Shown: positions 13,447 through 26,900 of the stretch, piece after piece
How positions within the stretch are numbered: the stretch's first letter is position 1
How the letters are laid out: each line of letters opens with the position of its first letter
Assembly: GCA_036172245.1 (NCBI GenBank)
Contig: JAYWIR010000003.1
Span: 868,001-932,000 of the forward strand
Reading direction: 5' to 3'
From: Raillietiella orientalis
Taxonomy: Eukaryota
Length of the DNA: 64,000 nt
The notes under the pieces: model-generated
Database searches by the model: none
Told to the model about the DNA's origin: nothing
What the model saw: only the letters and a program-made list of their open reading frames with translations
Translations under genes and position numbers: made by a program

Positions 13447-16400
13447 AAATCACATTTCCGTACAACCCCAAATGGGCATGCAAAAGCTCCCTTCAGAAAA
13501 CCCGCTGTGCACCCCCCCCTCCTCCTCCTCCTCCCCCCGCTCTTCGAGCAAGATTCCCATGCGAACCACCCACACTCGGCGGGATCCGCGCATGCGCTCC
13601 TCGTGCGGTTTTCCTTAAATACAATGGAACAACAACCGAAGGCAAAGACATGCTAAGAAGAGTCGGATGCTGATGGAACATTCGCTGAAACGGGAACGAA
13701 TTCCGATCGCAAAGGGCAGTTAGATGCCTCCTTTCACCTCCCCCTCCCTCTCTCTCCCTCCCCCCATTCCTCCCCCCTTCCAAAATCCATTTATGCACAG
13801 CGCATAAATCAAACATGGAAAGATAGTATGTAGCAAATGATGCCAAAAAAATAAAAATAAAAAAAAAAAAACATTTTTTTTTTTCTTCCGTTGCCCAGCA
13901 CCGAGCATCCCGTGTTTCCGTGTTCCACGATTGCGATCTCCGTTTGATTTCCAGAAATGGTGTTCAGCAGCCGTCGTATGCCGCTGCTTATCTCGGTCTC
14001 CTGGCCCACCAAAGATACGGCAGCGAGCATTAGAAAAGAATTTCATACCCTCACGGGGGAATCATCAAAGCCGTGCTTTGTGGACGATGAAAATTCTCGA
14101 TGCAAAAATGATCTTTTCGATCGAGGAGCGCACGAGCATAACGTTAAACGCTCAACGTTTCGTGGGAAAGCCCTCACTCACCCAATCATGGCAATACGTG
14201 TCAGCCGCCCGTGGTTCGAAGTTTCCTCGACTTTGAGTGGCCAAATAGCAGCGGTTCGACGCAGTCACCGTCTGCGAAAGCCGCCGTGCCCTTTACCGTA
14301 TGCTTAAGGCCCTCCCAAACGCTTTCCACGAAAAGACCAAGCGGTTCGAAGTGGCCGGAGTGCCCTCACCGGAAGTGGGACTTTGATCTCCCCCTCTGAT
14401 GCGTGCAGGTGGATGGAAGTGCTTGCGGAATGGACTGCTGGTGGACCGATTGATTTGTCAGGCGAGTCCACTGAGTTAGCCGGTTGCCGGTGTACTGAAA
14501 GTCGCTGGCGAGATTTCACAGGGACGGCACCTCTGATCAGGGAGGGATTGATGCTGGCGGTCCTTCGTCATCCCGTCGAACGGAGCCGAAGACTGCAGGG
14601 ACACGGGGAGCAATGAAGGCTCCGCCAGGCCTCCACGTGCCACAGATTTCCGGCTACGACCACCAGCCGACGGGGCCAAAAATCAGAGACACACTGAACC
14701 TCATCCGTTCGGAATGATTTGCTCTGGGGATACAGATGCTGATGAGAAAGAATCAGTGAAAAGAATCAGTTGGTCACCAAAGGAGCCACAGTCATGATAA
14801 ACTAGTGAAATTAAGTAAATTAACCAGAGAAATTAATAAACTTGCTAAAGTGGAATTCCTTTGGCTCGCTGTGGCGTCCAGCACTTGATGGCATTTAGCA
14901 GCATCACGAAGACCTGAAGCAAGCAACACTGCCGCCAGCTGTAAGGAGTGAGTTCTCTTAAATCCGCAGATATGCACCCCTGAATCCATTTTTCGAGCTG
15001 GGAAATGATACGATGGATGCTGGCCTGTAGCTATTTGTTCTCAACATCATTCCGGTTCTATCCACGGATGGCACGAATAGGAACACTCCGTTTACGGGAA
15101 TCGCCGACACGATTCGGACTGCTAATTACGAGCTTTCAGACCAGGATTCGTAGCAAGCTCCAGGCTGGGTCCATTGTTTTTGTTTTTGCTCGAACATCTC
15201 TCGTTCATCTCGTAGGCACCGGTGCTTACGCAATGAACAACAGCGCCTTGACTCAGGATGTGAACACGCGGAAGAAGGCATCACGTAAAAATGCAAGAAT
15301 GCCAAGCTTTTCCAACTGTGCCTCTCTCTCTTTCTTTCTTTCTTTCCTTTTGAAAAACAGATCCAAGCCTCATTCGTGCACGTGGTTGTGCATTTTCAAA
15401 GTGTCGAATTGGTGGTTACTTATATACATGCGAACGACTATAGGTCACTTTGCAGCAAAAGATTCCAAGGCCGAGTGCACTGGGAACCACAGTACACAGG
15501 CACTCAACAGAAAAGACATGCGAAAGAAAAGGTACGAGCGGAGCGTCGAAACGTGAGACGAACGTCTCGTCGCAGATCAGAATAGCTGAAAGCTCCTTCT
15601 GGAGTATGGCGAGATTTCCGATCTGTGGTTCGACGGCTGCACTCTGCTCCATTCTGAGGGAAAGGGGCCTGGCCCCTTGGAGTCTGAGGAAGATCTGGCA
15701 ACCTGAAAAAAGGTGGCTCTCTCCTCTGCCAAAGAGGTGCCCATTCACGATTGGAAAAAAAGAAAAAAAAAAAAAGAAAGCCTGCACAAGTCGACGAAGC
15801 GTTCTCAGGGAAGAGATGCAAGACCGAATGACGGCTGGGCAGAGCTCACGAGAATGCTGAAGCTGGCGTTTGTATGGCAAGATGCTGGAGAAGCTGTTCC
15901 AAGCGTGCCAGGGGGTGATCGTTTGTTGCTCCATGAACTCACCAGCTTTTTCCTCCGTTCGTCTTTTTCTGAGGAACGAAGCGAACGGCCAGGGGAGTGG
16001 AATGCGAGAAGCAGCGGAGCGCATTGGAAAATGCAGAGGAATTCCCACGGCCGAAAAGAGGTGGCTAAACCGTTTTCCTGCTGTCTCTGTGGGGAGTGCC
16101 AAGCACTTCCCGGACGGAGCACCAGAGAATGGGTCGCCAGCTGGCAGCCAGGATTTCCAGGAAGCTCAAGGAAATCCGGTCGTCCCGTGTGAGACCGAAG
16201 TTATTGCGAAGAGAAAAGGAAAAATGGAAGCATCCATCCGGGGAGGCGGAAGGACAACGAGGATAGGGTGATACACGTCGTCAGGTCCGGTGCACCGCCG
16301 AAGGTCTTCCTCCAATCCCTTCCCTTCACATCTGGGGAGCGCGCGCCCTGCCGAACTCGCCGAACGGCTAGGAACGGGATGAACCAGAAGAAGAAACGGG

Positions 16401-19400
16401 AGCTGTGGGAATCGCCATCCCGCAGAGATCGGAAGGACGGATGGCGGATGGTTTCGCGGATTCGGAGCAAGCCGGCGCGGGGAAAGAGTGGATGCTGGCG
16501 TGACGTCACTCCGGGGTGTCATACGAAGCCCGGCTCACGACCGAACGCGCGCTCAATTATATTTAGATCCCGTCTGCAAGGTGCTTCCGAAGCAGACGGA
16601 AACAACTGCCTGCAAGGAAGGCAGCAGAGACCAAAATGGCGCGACTTTGAGTCGCACGGAGCACCCTGAGGGGATGCGTTGCCGGAGAAGACTCGGGACG
16701 CATTCTGCTCTCCCCCTCGTTCTTCCAAACTGCTCTGCCTTGGGAACTGCGCTACAGCACCGTTGGGCTGCGACTTCCGGGAAGCGAGGAGCCAAGGGAT
16801 TTCCGCGCGTGCTTGCGTGTCGGGGCACCCAGATTAGGGGGGGGGGGGGGGGAGGGGGACACCCTCTCCCCTCAAACCTGGCGTCTTGCGGCGATTTCCT
16901 TCTGGCCATGTCTGGCGACCGACTCCCTGCGGAGGGAGCAGGCCATACGTGGCGACCTGCCTGGAAGAGAGGCGACACACCTTTTCTCCCCCTACCCCTT
17001 CCCCTGTCGCCTTTTCGGCGCAGCAACGGTCCACCTCTCTCTGGGACGTTCTGCAGGAGGCGGGTCGTGGAGAAGAGTGGGACAAGTAGAGGTGGGTGCT
17101 CCCACTCCCGTGTGCAGGGGCCCCCGTCCACGCTCATGCAGCAGAACCCGGGTTCCCGGCGGAGCTCCAGACCGAGGGAGCCCCGGACCTCGTCGTCGTG
17201 GGAGCCGACCTTCGACGGGGGAGGGGCAACCGAAGCCCGGTGGTGGACGGCGGCGGCAGAGGCGGCTGCCGACGCAGCCGACGCGCGCGCGCGAGCTCCG
17301 TCCAGAGGCTACGACGGCTCGAAAAGCCAGGCGGACGCAAACCTGGCGCAGCCTTGGGGACTGCCTCAAAGGAAGGTAGCTGCAGCCGCCGGTGACTCCC
17401 CCTCCTACTCCTCCTCCCCTTTCCTGAGTTATCGCTCGATCACATGGCGCGCGCACGCACGCACGCCTACCTGACGAATGATCCCTCCGAAGATGCGCAA
17501 ATCGCCTTAAGGATGCACAGTAGGTCGCGGGCACAAGGAGTACCTGATGAGGCAGAGGATCTCCAGAGCAAAAAAAGGGAAAGAAAAAAAAAAGAAGAAA
17601 AGGAAAAGAGGAAGGGGAACGTGAAGAAGAAACTCAGGATGCTGCGTGGCGGAGGCACCGCATACGAAAAGGACGCGTCGCTTCGCTTCCGGATCCGGCT
17701 GCTGCTGCAACGGGTGCCGGCGACGACGCGCCGGTTTCCATGCAGCGGTCACTCCCTCACTCCCGAAGAAGAGAAGGGATTGAGAGAGGAAGGGACGCCT
17801 GAGCGGAGGTGTGCGGCGGGCGCCCCGGATGCGAAAGTTTCGGAGTTGCCGTCCCTCTTTTTCCAATCGTCGTCTTCGCTTCTGCTCCTGCAACCTCTTT
17901 CCTCCTATCCTCCCCCTTTATTGGCTCCTCCTCGCCCCGCAGGAAGCCAACTGCCTATGTCCGGAACGTGGAAGAAACGAAGACGGCAGCCTAGAGAAGA
18001 AGATCCCCACCAAAGAGGGCCACAGTTGGCGCGGGAGAGAGAACAGAAACAAGGGAGGAAGGAGGTTATGGGGAAACGCAGGGAGAGTCGCTGCTGCTTT
18101 CCCCATTCGCTCTCTCGAACTGAAGAACCGCAACAGGACCCTCAGCAGCATCCAAAGCGCGCGCGCAGCTGTCTGGGACGCTCGCTCGCCGGGCTCCCCT
18201 CTTCCCCCAAAGATCGGTATCGCTCCTGAAGGTCACGTGACACGAGCTGCGCGAGTGACGGAAGAGTCCCCGCTATCTCTCGTCCCTGGAAGTAGGAGAG
18301 GAGGGGGAGCGAGCTAGCGCTTTCCTCTCGCTGTTTGTGTCTCTTCCTTGACCCCGACCCTGGCACGCTCTTCGCCCCTTCCCACTCGCTCGCCGTCCCG
18401 GCTTCCCCCTCTCGGCGTTCCGTGAGAGAAGGGGGTGATGCGGCTGGACCGCCCTGCTCTTCTGCACCACTACAGCCGATGGATGCGGAATAGGACCGAC
18501 CAGAACAGGATCTCGCGGCGTGACGGGGTGCGTGCGTCTCCTGGTCAGGAAGATAGGGTAGGAAGGGAATACCACCAGCGGCCGCAGGGAAAAGAAAAGA
18601 AAAGAAAAGAAAAACCAATGGAAAACCGTGGTGGTAGCCGCGCGGATGTCAAGGCAACCCACGGCAGCGCCGCAAGGAAAAACGGCCGTCACTGGGGACG
18701 CAGGCGCGTTGCCAGGAAGAATCTGGCTGCAGAAATGCTTCCAGATCGTCCAGCAGGTCCAGAATGGGGGGCGTTCAGGAGACCGCGGTGGAGCCGACAT
18801 CTCGCACATCAAGCAAAGGGTCTCAAAGGATAGCGCGCGCGTCCGGTCGGTTGCGGCAGCGAACCCTTGGACGCTTCTGGGAAGGGGAGACACCCGGGGC
18901 GAGCCCTGCAGCGGAGGACGCAGTAATTCGACCCCGCAAGCAGTAAGGCATTTCCGATCCCTCCACCGGCGAAGACGAGGAACAAAGAGGTTCGGCTGGA
19001 GTGTTCGTAGCGCGGCAGATACTGGCGCGGGTGATCCCGAAACAGTGTCGGTGCTGCCTCACCGCCTCAGAGGGTACTCACTCGGAGGCGCCTCCTCCCT
19101 CGCGGGCTGTTGTCTTCACGCAGGTTCTCACACTGATGCCATCCGCCGAAATGTGTGCATGTGGGAAGTCTGTTCCGGACGGACGCACACCTTCGCGCAG
19201 AGAGCGTTCGCGAAGGGAAGCCACGGTGGCCTGGCGGCCGCTCGGAGTCCAGAAGCGTCCGGTGGGCCGTAGCGCTGCCTCTGCACTCCGGTGTGCGCCT
19301 GCGTCCCGGAGCGTGAGATCAGTCGTAGCTTTCCAAAGAGAGGGGGGCGGAACGATGCTTCTCACATGGACGCAACCAATGGGCCCTGCCTGAGGCCAAA

Positions 19401-20149
19401 TAGTTGCACGGAAGGGGAGGGGCAAAGGTCCAGGGCAAAAGGCCCGCGCATCTCCTCCGCCCTTTCACCATAATAGGAAGTTGGGAGAGAAGAACTGGTT
19501 TCGAATTTACTTTGTGCAGCGGCCACCTGGAGATCCCCACCAGGTGATCTCATGGCACCACTCCGGTGACTTTCTTCAGGCACCAAGTCAGCGTGAATGT
19601 CTGCATCCAGCGGGTTCATGGGAGCTCTTCGCGTCGAGGTACATCATCGAGAGATAATGACCTGACTGGGACCACTCCGGGAAGAGAACGAGAGAAGAAG
19701 GAGTGCTCTTCGCTACAGCTTCGTTTTTAGGGTGCCTCGAGTTGCGTGTAGCAGCCCGTCGGCTCCTGCTTGCCATGGAGACGCTCTCTGCCTCCGGACT
19801 GCATCGGAGAGGAGAGCACTTCAAGCTCTCGCCAGAAGGGAGGCACGGATCTTTTCGGCTACTCTTCATCTCTGCTGCTTGACCTCTAAGAAACTCTCGT
19901 CGTCTTCCTAAGGACTACGGTCCAGCCCCTCCAAATCACTGTCCTCTCGTAACTGTTCTTTCTTTCTTCTTTTCCTCCTTTCTTTACCCTCGTAGATGGA
20001 CTTTGCGCGCAGCCCGTTCAAACTAGAAGACGAGAGTCCCAAAGATGGTGGTGTCTTTCTCACCAAACTCTTCTTCTCCAGGCTGCTTCGAGCACCGTGT
20101 CGCCCAGCATCCCACCTATATCCTCCGCAGACCACTGTTCCAGTCCGAG

Positions 20150-23100
20150 TCTTTTCTCCCATTATGTGTGCGATCTGCCATATTCCTCTCAGGAGATGAT
20201 ACCTTCTCTGAGCCTCTTGGTCTGAATGAAGATTCTTCTGCACGTCATCAGCGCCTTTCCTCCCGTCTGCGGCATCCTCCGCTCTTTGAAACTCACGGAG
20301 CGTCATGTCACTTGCACATCGCCTTGGCTCCCGTTGATCTTTCTCACCTCCTGCCCCACATGGAGAGTCGATTTTTGCCCGCATCTGCGACTGAAGACGA
20401 GGTGTGATGTCATAGGCGTGGAGATCACTCGAAGAACTACAGGGGAGCATGCTCCGAGTCCGAGGACCTCAGAGCATGATACTCCTTAGCAGTGCGTTCG
20501 TGATCCAGGGCGAGTCTTTCCAGAAGCAAGGTTTCTTCATTGTATTTCCTTCCCCTGCTTCCTTCTTCCCTTCCTCAACAACGAATGCTTTGTTCGTGGA
20601 GCAATGGCGCCAGAGATATCTCATCTATGGAGGCTCCCCACGCATCAGAGAGAGCGCAGCCTACCGGAAACCAGCAAGGGTACACGAAAGACCGTTTTCT
20701 GCAGCGCTGCCATAGGAGCAATTGTGGAGCCTCTGCAGAATGCCAAGTCTTTAACAGCCTCACTGCTGCCGCGTGGTTGGGAGGGGAAGGGGAGCGAGAG
20801 GTCGCATGCAGATTTCATCGAGTTACTGGATGGACAGGAGGACAACGCCAAACTCTTTAGCCTGCAGCAGCTTCCTCCTTTCAGTTTTCATCCTCTCCTT
20901 CCTTTTCTACAAATACACTCACACCACAGTACAGAAAAGGAGAAGGAGAGCGGCGGACCCAAGAAGACCTGAGCTCTCGCCGGTTGAAACGAATCCCACT
21001 GTCTAACGAGGCGGGGGGGTAGGGAGCACGACAGTCAACAGAGGTTCAGTGGCACAGCGACGGCTCATGCAGCAGCTGCAACGGAGGCAGTGGGACCTCT
21101 CAATGTCGAGGAAAGGCGGGAAGAGTTTACGGAAAGTCGGGAGCAGCAGAAGTCAGGTAAGCGGCTTTCCCTGACAGACATTTGCACGGGCCGCGTCCGG
21201 AAACATGTTCCCTACCGCACCCTTCGAATTTGCTCTCGTGGGAAAGACTTCCGGGACCAGCGAACGTGACCGGGTCAAGGTCATGCACGACAGAGCGAAT
21301 CATGCCGCCTCTTTCCTTCCCTCTGCTCCGAGAGCTCTCCTTCTTGGAAGGTGAGCAGAGTCTCCTGGCAGGCGTATCGGGCCTTTCGGACACTCCAGGA
21401 TGCGCCTCCGCGAGAGCCACCACATCCTCACGCAGTGGCCGACCTGATGCGAACTCTCACGGGACTTCGGTCAGGTGTTTCGTGCTCCCGGAAACCGCAG
21501 TTTTCCATGGGAGAGGGAGAGCCTTCGAGTCCGCTCTCGAGTGCGCCCTAGAAAGCTCCCAAGTGTGAGTGGGTGGTCTTGGAGAACCGACCAGGCGGTG
21601 ATTGTCCCACCCACGAGTTCTGGACGAGTGTGGCGCCCTCATTTCTAAGAAGTGGAAGCATCTGATTCGGACTCGACCCTACCGTTCCACCCATGACGCG
21701 GAACGTGCCAAGAAAGTATTTGATCATCCACCCTGAGGAAGCTGTGTGGTTGAAAGATCGTTCCAGGTTCCCCTACCTTCAAGCGACCCGCAAGCGCGTG
21801 ATGTCCATGGAGGGAGAGTAGGATGGAGATGCTTACCGGAAGACATCTCGGCAACTGCAGCAGCAGCTGCGACCAGCCGGAAGGCAGGGGAATGTGGCCC
21901 ACTCGGCGCGTTTCCGTCGTCTGCTGCTGCTGCTTGCATTCTCTACCGCCTCCTTGCCCGGTTGCAGACATTATTCCCTCCTGGTCCGTTCCAGGACTGT
22001 CTACCGGTTTTCGCTGTCTCTGGAATTCCATGCCACCTAGGATTGCAGATTTTCCTTAAAGCCAATCACCCGGAAGGTTCCAAAAAGGAGACCGTCTTCC
22101 GTCGTTTTGTCTGTGCCTCGAGTGTCCTCCGCAGAGATCCAGCCTGAGATCTCCCTCCGTCCTCTCGGCACGGTATTTCATGACTTTCCTCAGCCAGCAG
22201 CTCTCGGAGGGAGCCGAGAGTAGACCCACTTCTCTGGCCAATTCCCAGGATTGCTTGCTAATGGCGGCCAGTCACCCGTGGCTTCCGGCTCCACCCCAGG
22301 GCATCATGATCGGAGCGCAGCAACGGAGATTATGGCGGTCGCCAAGGGGTGGAGGGCTTTCTCCGCCACCCCACCCTTTCTGTGGATGAACTGCTGGCAT
22401 AAAAAATATCCTGACAAGGCAGACCGGACCTTACGATAAAAACACTGGGGCTGAGAAGACCCCCAAGTCTCTTTGCAGAAAGCAGGATGCATGGCTTGTT
22501 CCTCCTTGGAACTCACTCGACCCTAGCGACCGGCCAATGCCGAGCTCCTCGATTTCTGCTCTGAGGAAAAGCACCAGGTTGTCACGAGTCGGACACCTCT
22601 TCAAGGTGACTTCCTTGTCGCCTTTTGAAAGAGTGAACCCGCACGCTCTTCCAAAACTAAATTAGAGGCGTTCCTGTCGAATGAAAGGAGAGCAAAAGAG
22701 GTGTAGGGCGGGGAGGTCCGCAGAGGTCCTGCTTATCCGGGCCCTTTCCTCACGGTCCTTCCCTGCTAGACAGCTTCTTTGACGCCGGATGATGTGGTCA
22801 AAGAGGAAAGTCGGTGATTCGAAGAGGGAGAGAGAACAAAATGAACTCGACGACCTGCCGAGGTGAAGACGGCGAAGGGACGAGAGGAATCTTAGCTCCC
22901 GCTCGAGGAAGTAGCACCTGAAAAGCTGAGGAACTTGATGTGAGAGGGAAAGCCCTCTCACATCTGCCGGCATAAAAGGAGCGACAACCACGCAGCTGTG
23001 CTCTCCTCATTTCGGCGCTTCGAGGAGGGCGCCTCCTTCTGGCAGGGACCGAATCCAAGTGTCACACCTGCCCGCCTTCCTCATCCCAAGATTTGCGAGA

Positions 23101-24200
23101 GTGAATGATCCATTCGAGAAGATCGACTTTTTCCTTATAGGAAGCCTTTATTTTGATGCTGATTCTGCCGGTGCCTTCCTGGCGCCGTTCGAACGACTCC
23201 TCCTCATCCGAAGATCGACGTGGCTTCTCTTCAAGCAGCAGCACTCCTTCTCCGGAAGTTGCTGCTCGGAATCGCCGCCCCTAGGCAGGCCGCGTCCAGT
23301 GGTTTTGGGAACCGATTCGATCTGCCGAAACCACCCGTTCTTCGGTGCTGCAAGCACTCGTGACACAGGTCTCCTTGAGCGCTGGTTGCTTACAGCACGG
23401 CGGTAAGGAAGGCTCTGTGGGAGTTTTCAACTATTCCCTACCATTCCTGACGCATCTTCGCTGGGAACTGCATCCGGGAACCAGCTTCTGCTCATCGAGG
23501 CTTGAAGCACGAGTCCCGGCATCTTCTCAGGGAATCCGCGGCGTGATTGTCTCGATGAGTGCAACGTCGACGAGCACGTGTGATTGCTAAGCACCGTCAT
23601 CGAATATGCACGTAGTCTGAGCCGAATGGCCCATCGAGAGAGTATAGGAAACACCTCGGCACGAGCGGAGCCTCTGCAAGCGTGGGCATCCGACATACGA
23701 ACGGATGGTAGTGCACACTAGGCGAATCTTTTTTCCTGCATGCGGATCGACCATCTCCCTTGCAGTCTTCCCCTCCCTCCTACATTCCGTTCAGTTTGCC
23801 GTTCGAACACTGTCACGCTTTCTTCGATTTCCAAGAAAGGAACATCAGAATGAGCGCCTCACTTGGATCGGAGAATGCTCCATTTCTAGCTCCGGATCGC
23901 TTTTCTGTCCTTCTTCTAGGTAAAGGATGTGGTCATCCAGAGCTGTGTGTTCGTGGGCACCAACTCTGCAAGGAACTCCTGCAAAGACGTAGAAAGGTGA
24001 ACTCCAAGGAGTTTTTCTTCACAGCGAGAATCAAAAGCAAACAGTAAAAGTGTGAATGCATGCTTTTGGGCAGTGCTTGCCCATCCCTGGTGAGATTCTT
24101 TCGGGTTTCAACGGTTATAGCGGCACCCAACACATCCTGGGATGACCCTTTGATACAAGAATGCAGAGCAATCTTCCCAGAATCGAAGAGAAAGAAAGCA
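20150..24200 (-). mobile_element. Near full-length but heavily degraded L1/Tx1-like LINE (ORF1 knuckle remnant, APE, RT)
   Basis: Colinear minus-strand remnants: YVFAGVPCRVGAHEH (~23950, ORF1 knuckle-like), LVDVALIET (~23560) and RGGDS (~23275) in the APE region, SSQPQCFYRKVR, KQSWELAREVGLL, FQPHSFLRVDDQILS (~21740; cf. YRPISLLNxDYKIL), VNSSRLSSTLRG...CATEPLL (~21080), SNSMKS and LLVSGR. Many stops and frameshifts. Confidence 0.6.
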
Positions 24201-25749
24201 TTTCCGAACCCTTGACAGTCGCGATTGCAGCATCACCTCCATTCCCTTGGAAATGGGGCAGTCCCTCCTGTTTGTCAACTAAGGTATCCCCTTTATGCCG
24301 CCCTGGTTGCCTGTCTTTCCCGCCCGCTCGACAGATATGCTTGCCTTCCTGAGTGGCACTCGAGAGGGTTTCCCCTGGAAAGTCGCTGAGCTCATCTTCC
24401 TGGAGATGAAGGGGAAAAGGAGGTAAAGGAAGGAGGGGCAGGATACCCGGGAAAACGACAGAAATAGGGTTCCAATACAGGAGGATACAGGGGAGGTTTC
24501 GTTCCCTAAAGAGCGAGGAGGCTGAGCCTCCGACAGGAGGAAAGGGTGAGAGATTCGAGCTCGGAATTCTTGTTTTGGGTCATCAGGGGAAGGCTCTGAC
24601 GGGAGCTCCAACCTTGCTGGGGCTTCGGCGTCCCCTGAGGACTCCTCTTTCCGAGCGAACTCACGTTCTCGAAAAGAAAATCGGTAAAAAGGGGGAGTAG
24701 GTTTGCGTCGGGACGGCTAATATACCCTGGATACGTTTCCGGAACTTTGCATCTTCCTAATTCGGTCCCTGGCGTCACGTTTCTTTCGACCAGCCCCCAT
24801 CGTACGCCAAGACGAGTCCGAATCTGAGAGAGGATGGGAGAAGGAAGCGAGCGGGTGCTTCTGGCTGCAGCAAGTCTAGCCGCTCGAGGACATCGCACGC
24901 TTCCGATAAAAAGGAAGGAGTCGAGGACGTCCCGGGGGACGACGAGATGGAACCTTCTTCTCTGGGGAGGCGAGAAACAGTCCTCTTCTCGAGGCACTCT
25001 GTGAGGCGGACAGAGAGGAAGCACAGATGTCCGAGATTCCCTATCCCGAGGGGCAGGAAAGAGAGGAGGGAGGGCACCACTTGCAGCAGCGGAGACAGCA
25101 GGAGGAGAACTCCTAGCAAGTCAAGCATTTCTCCATCCCGCCGCTCGCCGACTGCACCCTCCCCCCTAAGATGCGGGTTCCGATACGAGTCAGGATTCGG
25201 TGACCTTGGGAGCGGTCTTTTTCATCCGGCAGGCACCTCGCATCGGGGACTCCCTCCGCAGGGAGGAGCAAAGAAGTTATCTGATTAGAACTTACCTCGA
25301 GTGCCGCTGGGGGATCAAGACGGAGTCAGAAACTCGAACCTGTGACGGCATTTCCCGCGATTTCTTCACAATGAGCGCCGCCTTCGCATTCGCAGCAAGC
25401 TGCCCAGCTTGGGTCGGCCGTCCCGTGACCCTCGGGTTAAAGGCTCAAAGGGACAATAGGAAAGGGGCGGGAACTCGGGGCATGACCTGCCACCGGTGTG
25501 GGGAATCACCTAATTTGCGTTGCTCGGACAACTCCCGGCCCTGCCTCTCCCCGAGAGAGGAAAAATCAGGTTGATCAGGTCTCGTCTTCAAAATGAAGCA
25601 TTGGCTCCATCGAATTATGGACATCCTCCGATCTCGAGCTCTTCTCTCTTGAGACTTCAATTTGTGCACTTCACAAGCAGAAGTTCACGCTGCCCCCCCC
25701 CCCTCCATTATCCTCCCCTCCTTCCCTTTCTAACAAAACACACAAAAGC

Positions 25750-26900
25750 AGTCTAGACCGGAAAATTGATCGGACGTCATCACTGTGATATAGAATGATG
25801 ATTCCGTTGTACACCACGACGGCGACTTCAAGCTCAGCCGTGTTCAGCTTGTGAGGAGGAAAAGTTGTTGAAGTGCAACCTAATTTGCTTGTGCTGACTT
25901 TCCTAAGCGAACTTTGATGTTCCGTGTGAAGTTTGAGGGAACGCCTCTCTCTCTTCCCTTCTCGTGCATCCATACCCAAGTTATCCTACAAAGTATTTAA
26001 TGGGCAGATTACAAAATGAGATTTGATTTCCCAACAACGAGGTTCACAAACATGAAAGGATCCGCTTGCATAAACAGCATCCCAATTGCTGAAGAAATTT
26101 TCTAAAATCAATCTATCAAAGCGGATTACATTGCAGTGTCCACCAAAAGTATTCTGCAAAATCTCCTCTTCCCATTAGAACTTTGAAAAGAATTGTGATC
26201 TCTGATGTTGTTAAGTTGTTCAAGGAAACTCGACTTAATGAATCTTCCAGGTGGACTTGGAGAAACACGAAATTCAAGTAGCAGAGAGTGAGATTCAGAA
26301 ATCCAGAAAAGGCCGCACAGAAAATCTTTCGCTTGTTTGGGAAAAGGAAGGCGTTTTCCGTTGATCGGATTGCCTTGTAGCACCCATCCCACTCCAGAAG
26401 ATTCCACGCGGCTCGCAAGTTTCGAAGGCAGCATCCGAAACTCTGGAACCTTCTCGTGGTAAGATTTTTTTCCATTTCCCCCTCCCCCCCTTTTCTCTCT
26501 CTCGCTCTCTTGTCTTCCATCTACCTAGGCATCACCTGATTAATCCCCTAACTTGCCTCCTCTTTTTCACTTCTTCCTGGTTTGCTCCACTTTGCCTGAA
26601 GGAACCATCGCACTTGGAGACGCAGCCTCGCTTTCTTTGCACGAAGCTTTCGACAAAGATGTTTGCACACTCAGCTGAAATTTTTTTCCCACTCCGAGCA
26701 TCGCTTTGCCCGTGTGTGCTTCCAGGACAAGCGCAGCATCCAGTAGCATTTCATTCTTATCTAACCTGTAAAGTTCAGCATGAAACCCCACGCATCACGT
26801 ATGGTGTTCCATTTCGCACTGTGTCAGCGGATGCTTCGGAACTTACGATGCCTTGCCTTGGAATGGTTCGTCACTCTTCCCAGGGGCGCGATCCCAGAAT
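25750..26900 (-). mobile_element. Degraded LINE RT fragment
   Basis: GFHAELYRLDKNEMLLDAALVL (cf. GxPAEFYK), LFKVLMGRGDFAEYFWW and MQADPF (cf. QGDPL) occur in RT order. Confidence 0.45.
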
